From a virus (lineage: Duplodnaviria > Caudoviricetes): DNA of 62,660 nucleotides. The position numbers and the translations under genes are program-made. A model generated the notes under the pieces. That model was not told the origin of the DNA. It saw nothing but the letters and a program-made list of their open reading frames with translations, and searched no databases. Location: positions 1-62,660 of IMG/VR virus record IMGVR_UViG_3300001918_000027, one strand, 5' to 3'. Shown here piece by piece: positions 40,024-48,516 of this stretch. Every line of letters starts with the position of its first letter. The first letter of the stretch is position 1.

Positions 40024-40432
40024 AGTCTTCGAATATCACCCGATGGGTGGTTTCCTGCTGTATTGGGCCACCGCCTTTACCGGTATGCTCCAGTTTAATT
40101 GCGGGGTCAAGGCTTTCCAACTTAATGATTCTGTCCTCCACAGCAAGGATGGCCTTGATGCCTTCGGGTGTTCCTTTGAATTGTTCCTTTAGTGACCGCT
40201 TAAGCTTTTTGAGTGCCTCAATTCGAAGTACACGCTTTTCCTCCAGAGCCTGGTCGGACTTCTGCATCCAGCGTTGCCTTGCTTGCTGAATGTATCGCCT
40301 GGCTTGCCTTTCGCTCACCTTCCACGTCTTTACGATATTGGCCCGGATATCGGCTTCTGGCCAATCATCAATAATCCACTCCTGGACAAGGCGAACCCGT
40401 TTTTCCATTTCTGTTTTGTCGAGTAGTGCCAT
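40013..40432 (-). CDS. terS: Terminase small subunit
   Basis: HTH, C-terminal EHTGKGGGPI, overlaps terL start. Confidence 0.75.
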   Translation of the reverse strand: MALLDKTEMEKRVRLVQEWIIDDWPEADIRANIVKTWKVSERQARRYIQQARQRWMQKSDQALEEKRVLRIEALKKLKRSLKEQFKGTPEGIKAILAVEDRIIKLESLDPAIKLEHTGKGGGPIQQETTHRVIFEDYGA

Positions 40433-40671
40433 TATGTCTTGGGGAAAAGCATGTTAAGTAGTTCGATGATGTCTTTTTGCTCATTGATGACTGCCCGGGT
40501 TTTCTCCGCTTCGCGTTCCCTGAGCTCCTGCACCTTTTCCGGTAGGCCATCCATGGGGCTTGTTGCCAAGGTATCCAGCATGGTAATGCGGTGGTTGAGC
40601 CTTTTTGTAAGCAAGTCCTTTACGTTTTCGATTGTAGCTGCCATAACCTTAAGTTTTTCTTCTTCGTTCAT
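40432..40671 (-). CDS. Hypothetical coiled-coil protein
   Basis: 79 aa, TAATG-coupled to terS. Confidence 0.55.
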   Translation of the reverse strand: MNEEEKLKVMAATIENVKDLLTKRLNHRITMLDTLATSPMDGLPEKVQELREREAEKTRAVINEQKDIIELLNMLFPKT

Positions 40672-40893
40672 ATCCGGCCTGTTTAAGCCGGCAAAAATAT
40701 TGTTTCCCTATTAACCGGTACGGTGGTCACCTTTCGGTACCACCGTTCTTTTCAAAGCGTTTTGTTTTTTAACCAGGTAAAACCTCTCAAAAGACTACAG
40801 CCTCAGCTGTAGGAGAAAATGTAGTATAAACTCCTGGATGGCTCTCGGGGCACCTTGCGCTATGCGCTGTCCGCACTTGGCCAGTTATTTAAA

Positions 40894-40929
40894 ATCCCAG
40901 CGGCCTGCCGGTTGGTAAGCCGCTGGGGT
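40894..40929 (-). terminator. Hairpin/terminator after 86-aa gene
   Basis: CCCAGCGGC...GCCGCTGGG followed by ATTTT on minus strand. Confidence 0.55.
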
Positions 40930-40934
40930 TGTTG

Positions 40935-41195
40935 TTAATCTTCATCCTCTTCTCTGTCTTGGCCATCTTCGAACCACTTGCTTCCTTCGCTCTCAATCAT
41001 TTCCTGCAGGTTGGTGTCTCTGGTCATGTAGTAGTTACTGTTGTCGCTGAACTTGTTAAGCTCCTGAGCAACGATTAACAGGCTATAGCCGTAGTAGCTC
41101 TTTAGTGACTTGTTTTCCTCTTTGGCTTCGTTCACCAGCTGCTCTGCTTCCTTCATCAGGTCAAGCGCTTTCTGTAGTTTTTCCGTTGTGTTCAT
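40935..41195 (-). CDS. Hypothetical protein with own promoter and terminator
   Basis: 86-aa ORF; promoter at 41221-41252. Confidence 0.6.
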   Translation of the reverse strand: MNTTEKLQKALDLMKEAEQLVNEAKEENKSLKSYYGYSLLIVAQELNKFSDNSNYYMTRDTNLQEMIESEGSKWFEDGQDREEDED

Positions 41196-41220
41196 TGTGT
41201 TGCGTTTGAATTGTTATAAG

Positions 41221-41291
41221 GCAATGATAGAAAGCTAGTGGTGGTTAATCAAGGCTTTTTGAAAGTTTATTATTAATAGTTAACCACCACT
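41221..41291 (-). promoter_or_regulatory. Promoter (TTG...TTTCTATCATTGC) with 12-bp inverted repeat
   Basis: 13-mer identical to 52420-52432; AGTGGTGGTTAA (41237) / TTAACCACCACT (41280). Confidence 0.6.
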
Positions 41292-41297
41292 TTTTGC

Positions 41298-41459
41298 TTA
41301 ATTAATCCTCCTCCAGAGGTGAAAAACATCGCCACTTTGAAGGGTGAATTTTGTCTCATCCACCTTTACAACCTCCGACTTGATAGTTGTAAACCCTTTG
41401 CCGGGAACCAGCTTTTCAAACTCAATCATGTCCCCTACTTTGATTTCAATTGCGCCCAT
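41298..41459 (-). CDS. Small hypothetical protein
   Basis: ORF starting MGAIEIKVGD. Confidence 0.45.
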   Translation of the reverse strand: MGAIEIKVGDMIEFEKLVPGKGFTTIKSEVVKVDETKFTLQSGDVFHLWRRIN

Positions 41460-41528
41460 ATTGTTATTTTTTGTAATGCAATATTGGGGAGACATAACGA
41501 CCTTATCAAGTCAATACGCAACTTTCTT

Positions 41529-41879
41529 TTAACTATTTTCAAGTATTTGCCAGTCCTCAGCAAGCATATCGGTTTGACTTGCAAGCCAACCATTAACGAT
41601 TGACCCATCGGCAGCTTTCATGCACAAATACGCAGTAAACTTTACAGGCGCTCCATTGTCAAGAGGTATAGGTTCCCCATCAGCATTGTTGCAATTAAAA
41701 TGGAAATAATCCTTTACTGCTTGGGGTAATGATTTAACCTGTTGCACTACCATTTTTAGTGGTAATACATCGGCTGGCCTCATAAACACAAACATACCTT
41801 TACCATTCCACCCACTTCTTGCTACCAATTTACCGGCTTTTACGGCTTCAATAGCCTGGCCAAAATTTAAATTTTCCAT
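41529..41879 (-). CDS. tad2: DUF2829 / Tad2-like anti-defence nucleotide-sponge protein
   Basis: [22 protein letters not shown] and [13 protein letters not shown] signatures. Confidence 0.8.
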   Translation of the reverse strand: MENLNFGQAIEAVKAGKLVARSGWNGKGMFVFMRPADVLPLKMVVQQVKSLPQAVKDYFHFNCNNADGEPIPLDNGAPVKFTAYLCMKAADGSIVNGWLASQTDMLAEDWQILENS

Positions 41880-41896
41880 ATCAAATACTGCGCTCC

Positions 41897-43366
41897 TTAC
41901 GCAGGGTTAAACATTTCTTCGCTTACTTCAATTTTTGGGAAAAGTTCCTTTACTTTTTTCCAATCACCTTTAAAGAAAACCAACACGTTTTGATGCGTCC
42001 GGCAAAGCTTTCTGTTGGTTTCAAACATCCGCCTGGCCCTGATGGCACCGCTGCCGATCTGATTAATCAGCACCGCATCGTTGTAAAACTTTGCCCCAGC
42101 GTCTTCGAAAGCTGCCACGGTATCGGCCACAAAACCTTTATTAAATCCCTCCTTCCCTCTGATCTCCGTTACTACGAAGCAGGCAAAGCGGTTTTCCTTT
42201 AGCCGGGCAACGGCTTTGCGGATGATGGAAGAGTATATGTCCCTGAATTCTTCGTAACTCATATTGCTCAGGTCTGCTGGATCATCGCTATATTGTTCCA
42301 GGTCATGGTATGGTGGGCAGGAGAAAATGAAGTCATAACTCCCCTGGATTGCATCCAGCACCTTATTACTATCTCCTTCCTTCCAATAAACTGATAGCTC
42401 CCTGTCCTGGGCCTTTTCAATCAATTTCGCATGCTTTCTGTTGACTTCAACTTGGTCGGCCCTTAAATCTACCCCTAAATATCCCATACCCAGCAGCCCG
42501 GCTGTTATACCCCTCACGCTGCCACCGGCAAAGGGGTCGAGGATATTCCCTCCGGGTAAATTGAACCACCGGTATGCGATTTCACACAACACGGGGTCGA
42601 AGATGCTGGCACCCTTGTAAAGGCTCATGCCCTTCCGCTTGGCTTCCTCCAGGATTTCCTCCCAGCTGGGGTCGCGGCCAAGCAAAGCCCGCATCTTATT
42701 GCGGAGTTCATAGACCTCGCTATTTTGGGCACTGTCAGCCATCAGCTCGACGTCTTCCCGGGTTTCCTGGCTGTCAGGCAACAATTTATCCCACATGGCC
42801 CTGCGGTCCTGCCAATAGCCCTGCCGGGTATCTAGTACCGAGAATGGCGGCACAATGAAGTCATCCTGCAGGCTCCGTTTGGCTTCCTCAATACTGGCTT
42901 CGTCGGGGCCTTTCATGCCGAGCTCAAACTCCATCATGTCGAAGTCCGGGAGGTCAATTTTCATTTTCATGGCTTCGAAGTCGAGCTCGAAGGCTTGCAT
43001 AAAGTCCAGCAGACCCTCCTCCCTTACTCGGGCATAAATTGAGGAGTACTGCAGCACGAGTTCCGCTGCCTCCTTTTTATTCATGCAGTCAATGAAAGTC
43101 GCGGGCAATTGTTCCGGAACTGAAAAGCCCTCGGCTACGAGCTCCATTAAGATGAGATACCGGTGGCGGCCGTCGAGGCACCACACCGGGCCATCCATGT
43201 CCTGCCATACATAAAACGGCTGGGTAAACTTATTGCCAATAACGCTTTGCCGGAGGCGCTGCTTTGCGGACTCGCTCCAGCCTTTGAAATCTTCCTGCTG
43301 CAGAAACTTTAACTGCTTCCATTCTATGTCCTTGGTACCTACTACTTTGCTCCTAATTGCCTCCAT
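41897..43366 (-). CDS. ParB-like N-terminal domain fused to amino (N4C/N6A) DNA methyltransferase
   Basis: LDGRHR; PPFSVLD.R.G.WQ; DPFAGGS; SCPPY. Confidence 0.85.
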   Translation of the reverse strand: MEAIRSKVVGTKDIEWKQLKFLQQEDFKGWSESAKQRLRQSVIGNKFTQPFYVWQDMDGPVWCLDGRHRYLILMELVAEGFSVPEQLPATFIDCMNKKEAAELVLQYSSIYARVREEGLLDFMQAFELDFEAMKMKIDLPDFDMMEFELGMKGPDEASIEEAKRSLQDDFIVPPFSVLDTRQGYWQDRRAMWDKLLPDSQETREDVELMADSAQNSEVYELRNKMRALLGRDPSWEEILEEAKRKGMSLYKGASIFDPVLCEIAYRWFNLPGGNILDPFAGGSVRGITAGLLGMGYLGVDLRADQVEVNRKHAKLIEKAQDRELSVYWKEGDSNKVLDAIQGSYDFIFSCPPYHDLEQYSDDPADLSNMSYEEFRDIYSSIIRKAVARLKENRFACFVVTEIRGKEGFNKGFVADTVAAFEDAGAKFYNDAVLINQIGSGAIRARRMFETNRKLCRTHQNVLVFFKGDWKKVKELFPKIEVSEEMFNPA

Positions 43367-43547
43367 TTGGTCATATTATGACACGAAGTTAGTTATTTTT
43401 ACTTTTTATGCGTTATTTTAACTAATTTCTTAGCAAAGAACTACGGTGCCCGCACTAAATGTCGGACGTTAAATAAGATGCTACATGAAAAATCAAGCGC
43501 CTTAATTCAATCCTTAAAACTTTTTTGTCACCAAAAAATCACAGTTT

Positions 43548-43850
43548 CTATCTCTCCTCGGGTGGAATTCGGGAAAAAGCTTTATCAACCATGGCTTGAG
43601 CCACAAGGGAGCGGACATCATCAGGAGGGAAGCAGTGGAAAAGGCGGCACAGCTCCAGGCACTCGGTTACGATTTCATCACAGGTTTTGTACGCCGGGAA
43701 AAGGAATTGAACGCCATAGTGTATTAGTTCTTTGCTGAGCTGGCGCTTGTTTCCGGGCAGGTTTAGCAAATCATCAGTTGCGGAATGCAGGAAGGTATAA
43801 AGCTCTGCTTTTGCTTTGATTCGGTCGCGGTGTGCTGTGTGGTTTGCCAT
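43548..43850 (-). CDS. Hypothetical protein
   Basis: 100-aa ORF. Confidence 0.5.
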   Translation of the reverse strand: MANHTAHRDRIKAKAELYTFLHSATDDLLNLPGNKRQLSKELIHYGVQFLFPAYKTCDEIVTECLELCRLFHCFPPDDVRSLVAQAMVDKAFSRIPPEER

Positions 43851-43927
43851 TGGGTAAATGTAACAAAAATTTTAAAAAAAAAACACCAAATAGCCTGATT
43901 TCTTTGTATCTTGTTAAAAATTTCGAA

Positions 43928-44656
43928 ATGAAAGCAGGGGTTTACAAAATTTCAAACTTTTTAAATAAAAGGTGCTATATCGGGTCTAGCATTAATCTAA
44001 AGGCACGACTTGCAGAGCACAAAAACGACCTACGGAAAGGCAATCATCATTCTTTATTTATGCAACGTGATTTTGACGCTTGTGGTGAAGCTTTTTTCGA
44101 TTTTGATGTACTCGAAACTATCAATGACATAAAAGATTTAATTAAAAGAGAACAATATTATATTGACAAAATCAATCCAGAATACAACACTTTGAAATTT
44201 GCAGGCAGTTCATTAGGGGCAAAAGCGTCACCTGAGGCCATAGAAAAAAATAGGCTAAGAAACACCGGCTTTGGTAACGGAAATTGTAAGATAAAAGGTG
44301 AGGTATTTGAAGCCATGAAGCACTACCGACAAACACATACTCAAAAACAAACTGCTCAAAAGTTTGGAGTAAACATATCGACAATTCAAAGAATCGAAAA
44401 GAGGGAGGGCCTTTCATTTTCTACTAAAATTTATTCTAAGGAAGGTAAACAGATTCTTTCTAAAAACGCTAAAACAAGGAAAAGTGCTGTAGCAAAAAAA
44501 GTCGAATACATTTCCCCGGATGGGGTTGTAGTAGTTTTTTGCTCAATAACTCAAGCAGCAAAAGCTCTTAATATTTCAAAATGTACTGTTTTTTCCTTGT
44601 GTAGAAATATTTGTAAGACTAGAAAATATGATATTAGATATGCAGAATTAGCATAA
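43928..44656 (+). CDS. Free-standing GIY-YIG homing endonuclease with HTH/NUMOD1-like tail
   Basis: GVY...YIGSS.NL..R..H, REQYYID, PEYN..AGSSLG; F.SI..AAK.L. Confidence 0.88.
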   Translation: MKAGVYKISNFLNKRCYIGSSINLKARLAEHKNDLRKGNHHSLFMQRDFDACGEAFFDFDVLETINDIKDLIKREQYYIDKINPEYNTLKFAGSSLGAKASPEAIEKNRLRNTGFGNGNCKIKGEVFEAMKHYRQTHTQKQTAQKFGVNISTIQRIEKREGLSFSTKIYSKEGKQILSKNAKTRKSAVAKKVEYISPDGVVVVFCSITQAAKALNISKCTVFSLCRNICKTRKYDIRYAELA

Positions 44657-45194
44657 TGGCATCACGCATATCCTGGTTTATTCTGCCTTTCCAGAGGTTT
44701 AGCCGTTTGAATTCTTCTGCTGAAACTTTGGCCTTACTTGGTTTAACTTCATGATATTCAATGCGTTTCCTTTGTAAATAGCTGCAAATCAGTTTACCTA
44801 CCTGATGGCAGGCTCCGACATTCTTTGCGATCTTTTCCCGGCTGCCAGCTCCTCGGGCTTGGTGCCAATTGCTTTTGTCTATAAGCCAACCGGCGTCGAT
44901 GTAAACCCTCAGGTCTGCGTCTTTGCTGAGGTGGTTGATGAGGTTGAGGACGTCGTAAAAATGCAAGGCCTTGACATCCAATATCTTAGCCGTGCCCATT
45001 TCTTTTATGGCGACTCCGCAGCGGTCAACGTCGGGATCGATTCCCAGGAGGAAAACTTTTTTTTCATTTCCAGTCGATTCGTTGGCCGGGATTTCGGGCA
45101 AATGATTTACTTGCTGGACCGGGACGGTTGCTTTAGCTCTTATGCCCTTGGTCTCTAGGCGCTGAATGTCCTGTAGTGTGAATCTCTTACTCAT
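44634..45194 (-). CDS. RuvC-like Holliday junction resolvase
   Basis: LLGIDPD...GVA, D.RDA motifs. Confidence 0.7.
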   Translation of the reverse strand: MSKRFTLQDIQRLETKGIRAKATVPVQQVNHLPEIPANESTGNEKKVFLLGIDPDVDRCGVAIKEMGTAKILDVKALHFYDVLNLINHLSKDADLRVYIDAGWLIDKSNWHQARGAGSREKIAKNVGACHQVGKLICSYLQRKRIEYHEVKPSKAKVSAEEFKRLNLWKGRINQDMRDAIMLILHI

Positions 45195-45231
45195 GTGTGT
45201 AGTTCAGTTGCGTAAATGCAGGCGTTATGCG

Positions 45232-45657
45232 TCAGGCTAAAAGACCATTCCATTTCAACATATCACGGACAACAGACCAGTCAACAAACGGACGTTCCGA
45301 AAATTCTTTGTCATATTTTAACGGACAACCTAATGCAGCATCATCAATATACATTTGAGCATAAGCCTTTGGGCTTGTAGTCCAAGTGTGTTGAGTTGGA
45401 TTAGTTTGTATTCCATAAAGTGGTATTTCATTTTCTTTAAACCAATTAACAGCATCGCTTAAATAATTGCCACTTTCAAGGTGTAATTCGTTATCCTCAC
45501 CAGTAGGATTAACTATGTCGCTTCTCATTGTGAATAAGACCAATTGGTGTCCATTTTCAACCAATGCTTTTAGTACAGGAACGGCCTTTATATCCTTTCC
45601 TACTTTTGGAAATTCGTGAGTTACACACGTTCCATCGAAATCAATTGCTATTATCAT
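45232..45657 (-). CDS. HAD-superfamily phosphatase-like protein (BT0820-like)
   Basis: IAIDFDGT, LFTMR, K..A.MYIDD. Confidence 0.85.
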   Translation of the reverse strand: MIIAIDFDGTCVTHEFPKVGKDIKAVPVLKALVENGHQLVLFTMRSDIVNPTGEDNELHLESGNYLSDAVNWFKENEIPLYGIQTNPTQHTWTTSPKAYAQMYIDDAALGCPLKYDKEFSERPFVDWSVVRDMLKWNGLLA

Positions 45658-45694
45658 TTTTTAAAATTTTAATTCGTTAAACAAAAGCCCGAAC

Positions 45695-45825
45695 GCATAA
45701 CAAGGGTTTGTAGCAATAGGGGCAGAAGTGCAAGTTTTAAGCCGTTTACTTCTATTGGGCTGTGGTGGTGGTTTGAACAGTAGTGCTATAAATCCCCTAC
45801 TGCTACAAGCCCCGAACCGTTAGCG
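45695..45825 (+). repeat. attC-like recombination site 1 (131 bp)
   Basis: GCATAAC...GTTAGCG with arms GGGTTTGTAGCAATAGGGG / CCCCTACTGCTACAAGCCC. Confidence 0.8.
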
Positions 45826-46617
45826 GCAATACCGTGACACCCTATTAACGGCAATGTCGTAATATTCCTGCTCCATTTCTATCCCTATGAATTTTCTACC
45901 TGTTAACGCACAAGCGACACCAGTTGAGCCAGAACCCATGCAGTTATCCAAAACCGTTTCGCCTTCATTTGTATAGGTTTTGATTAAGTACGCCAGTAAT
46001 GCAACAGGTTTTTGAGTTGGGTGTAAACTGCTGTTTTGCGTATCGGTTGAAAACTCTTGAATGCTTCTTGGGTATCGCTCTGTGCTTTCATATGTGTAGT
46101 CATTATTCATATCGCCATAAACATCCGTTTGCAAGTGCTTTGCCCTAAAACTTTTCTTCTTTACATGCCCGGAGGTTTTTTGCGGGTTGTAAGTACATTG
46201 CTGCTTGTAAAAAACACTTATCACTTCATGGTTTCTCATTGGCTGTTTTTTGGCATTTAAGAAGCCTGTGCCTTTTATTTTGTCCCAAATCCAATCGTAT
46301 TTGAATAACTTAATGTTGCTCAATCGTAAGTAAGAACTAAAAGGCTCTGCACCAAAAAGAACTATTGCTCCATCATCTTTTATCACTCTTTCATACTGCG
46401 GCCAAAGTTCATCGAATGGTATAACGGCATCCCAGGCACATTGCGTTGTGCCATAGGGCAAATCACATAAAATCATATCAACCGACTTAGAAGAAATCTT
46501 GTCCATTTCTTGTATGCAGTCACCGTGATATAATGTACTGCCGCTAACAGTGCATTGCTGCAATGCTGGCTGACGTACATCACTCATCGGTATATTTTCA
46601 AATAAACTTTTCTGCAT
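45820..46617 (-). CDS. Site-specific DNA methyltransferase (N6A/N4C, beta class)
   Basis: LYHGDC, CDLPYG, HPTQKPV, LDNCMGSGSTG. Confidence 0.92.
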   Translation of the reverse strand: MQKSLFENIPMSDVRQPALQQCTVSGSTLYHGDCIQEMDKISSKSVDMILCDLPYGTTQCAWDAVIPFDELWPQYERVIKDDGAIVLFGAEPFSSYLRLSNIKLFKYDWIWDKIKGTGFLNAKKQPMRNHEVISVFYKQQCTYNPQKTSGHVKKKSFRAKHLQTDVYGDMNNDYTYESTERYPRSIQEFSTDTQNSSLHPTQKPVALLAYLIKTYTNEGETVLDNCMGSGSTGVACALTGRKFIGIEMEQEYYDIAVNRVSRYCR

Positions 46618-46674
46618 AGTTTGAACTTCGGTTTTTCAAATTCCAGCACTGACAGCAATGCTTTTACGTTAGTG
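46542..46674 (+). repeat. attC-like recombination site 2 (133 bp)
   Basis: CGCTAAC...GTTAGTG with arms GCATTGCTGCAATGCTGG / CCAGCACTGACAGCAATGC (one bulged base). Confidence 0.8.
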
Positions 46675-46899
46675 ACTATTGCCAACCTCAATCTCAGCCA
46701 CTATATCAAAACCGGTTTGGTGGCTGATGTTATAAATTCCCGATGAAGTCCACATACAAATAGCCCTTGTTACCTCTCCGCTATCGTCAGCAACAAAGCC
46801 CTTCCATACATACATTCTATAAATGAAGGAGAGGTCCTGTGTTATAGTCGCTACTTGGCCGCTCCGTGTCCTGTATTGTTTCCCAAGTTGTAATTCCAT
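46669..46899 (-). CDS. Hypothetical phage protein
   Basis: L..GK.YRTRSG..A.I...W...G......FDIV motif. Confidence 0.65.
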   Translation of the reverse strand: MELQLGKQYRTRSGQVATITQDLSFIYRMYVWKGFVADDSGEVTRAICMWTSSGIYNISHQTGFDIVAEIEVGNSH

Positions 46900-46924
46900 T
46901 TCTGTAGATGACTTAGTTATGAAT

Positions 46925-47209
46925 TTAATTTAGCTGAGCCTGCTTGTATTGCTCTGCTATGGGCTGAAAGGCTTTTGTATCACTGTAGCATTCCTGAAAC
47001 AGGGGATTCCGGATCCAGGTCATAAATGCCATGTGGGTGATGTCATCTTCTTTCTCCGGCGGGCAATCAATCCAGTAATGCAGGAGCTCGCAGCACTTAA
47101 GTTCGACTACCTTGGTTACCCTGCAGCCCGGCTGCTGTTCTACCAAGGCTCTAAATTCAAGGTGTAGTTTGTAATTCACATGCAATGTGAGGGGGTATGT
47201 CTTTGTCAT
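46925..47209 (-). CDS. Hypothetical protein
   Basis: ATGA-coupled ORF starting MTKTYP. Confidence 0.5.
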   Translation of the reverse strand: MTKTYPLTLHVNYKLHLEFRALVEQQPGCRVTKVVELKCCELLHYWIDCPPEKEDDITHMAFMTWIRNPLFQECYSDTKAFQPIAEQYKQAQLN

Positions 47210-47469
47210 AATTTCGAATTTGTTTGCATAAAACCTAAATCTATCTCCCTGACCAAATAGGCCTCCCATTTCACCAAATCAAGCCGGTACTGCTGCTTCC
47301 ATTCAGCAATTTTTTCGTACACAGCCTCGATGTCGGCAACGTTGGCTTCATCAACCTGTCTGCCAGCGATATAGAGCTCAAGCCTTGGCAATGGTGTTAT
47401 TTTTTTGTGGTTCAAATTTTTCAATGATGTAGATGTAGTTACCATCAACATTTTCTTCGGGCAAATCAC
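47206..47469 (-). CDS. Hypothetical protein (start uncertain)
   Basis: ORF in operon. Confidence 0.4.
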   Translation of the reverse strand: MICPKKMLMVTTSTSLKNLNHKKITPLPRLELYIAGRQVDEANVADIEAVYEKIAEWKQQYRLDLVKWEAYLVREIDLGFMQTNSKL

Positions 47470-47731
47470 GACTAATTGTGTCGCTGGCTTCGTCTCTTAT
47501 TCTGAACCGTTCAATAAACTTGCCATCTCTAAAAAGCTGAATCCAATGTTTCCACCAATCCTGCGAAGGCCCTTTTGTATCAATCAGCAGCCTGATGGTG
47601 GCGGTTTTGTTGCTGTTTTTCTTAAAGTACAATTTCTTCCAGGCCTTTATCCTCATGTATGCATGGTCAAGACCTGCTTCGTACTCTCCATCAAGCGCCT
47701 GCCATTGTCCGTTTACTAAAATGTTTTTCAT
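47378..47731 (-). CDS. Hypothetical protein
   Basis: ATGA-coupled 117-aa ORF. Confidence 0.5.
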   Translation of the reverse strand: MKNILVNGQWQALDGEYEAGLDHAYMRIKAWKKLYFKKNSNKTATIRLLIDTKGPSQDWWKHWIQLFRDGKFIERFRIRDEASDTISRDLPEENVDGNYIYIIEKFEPQKNNTIAKA

Positions 47732-48516
47732 TCCTTACGTGTTTTGCTAGTGGCTCTTTCATTTTCAATCAATTGCTCGACATAGTGAATAATTGCCATC
47801 CTTTTGCTCTCGGCCTGAATTCTTGCCGTGGTAGTACCGGATTTACTGGCTTCGATGTCGGCTAGGATATCGTTGATACTTTTACCGGCTTGCTTAGCAT
47901 CGTGTTTTTCCTCAGCCAACCGGGCTAACACTGCCGCTCTGGCGTTGGCAACGAATTGTTCTGCAGGTACGGTTATCCTGCCGGCTTTAAGCAAATAGTC
48001 ATAAATGGCTGTCGGCAGGATTTTGGGCCTTTTTCCGGCTACGATTTCGTTTTTGATAGCCAAAACGTGGGGCCACCAATCCGCAGGCGGTGGCGGCAAT
48101 TGGATTGCCGGTTCTTGCCGTCTGTGGCGCTCGATATCGGTGTTTTTTTGTACACGGCCGGCATTGATCAAATAGGCCCGGTAACCCGCCATAATTCGGC
48201 CGAAATATTCGCAGCTAAAATTTTCATAGCACCCGCTGTCATTGATTGGCAGCTGGCCAGTGATGGCGAGGTCAAAGGCTTCGCTGATTTGCTCTGTCGT
48301 GTAGTTCCCGTAATACTTCATTATAAATTCTGCCAATACCGCCTGCTCTTCATCCGTTGGCATGTTAGCCTTCCTAAGGCCAACTTTTACCATAATTTTA
48401 CGAATTGTGTGGTTGAATAAATCGAGCGAGGTCAATTTGCTTAACGCCATCAATTCTGGCTTCACTTGTACCTGGCTTTGTACTACCGCTGGCTGAATTT
48501 CCATTTTGTTTTCCAT
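47728..48516 (-). CDS. Putative helicase loader/replication accessory protein (start uncertain)
   Basis: Follows initiator; T.E.I..AF.LA..G...YENFSCEYF motif. Confidence 0.55.
   Translation of the reverse strand: MENKMEIQPAVVQSQVQVKPELMALSKLTSLDLFNHTIRKIMVKVGLRKANMPTDEEQAVLAEFIMKYYGNYTTEQISEAFDLAITGQLPINDSGCYENFSCEYFGRIMAGYRAYLINAGRVQKNTDIERHRRQEPAIQLPPPPADWWPHVLAIKNEIVAGKRPKILPTAIYDYLLKAGRITVPAEQFVANARAAVLARLAEEKHDAKQAGKSINDILADIEASKSGTTTARIQAESKRMAIIHYVEQLIENERATSKTRKE

Larger units (their letters stand above)
45225..46668 (+). mobile_element. Tandem array of two integron-type gene cassettes (no integron integrase in window)
   Basis: Two attC-like hairpins; each cassette's left end is complementary to its own inverse core site. 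Confidence 0.8.

Noticed and set aside
40672-40934. Hammerhead, twister or pistol ribozyme
   Set aside because: Catalytic core consensus (for example CUGAnGA...GAAA) not found by eye.
41237-41291. Invertible promoter
   Set aside because: Only 31 bp between the repeats, and the -7 box lies outside them; an operator is more plausible.
43832-44656. Group I intron carrying the GIY-YIG gene
   Set aside because: Flanking genes are intact and uninterrupted, and there is no room for intron core structure.
45224-46899. Minus-strand (canonical gene-then-attC) reading of the cassettes
   Set aside because: It would need an attC body left of 45224 and a CACTAAC near 46900, neither present, and would leave the MTase without a start. 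The bulged base in attC2 is the only point in its favour.
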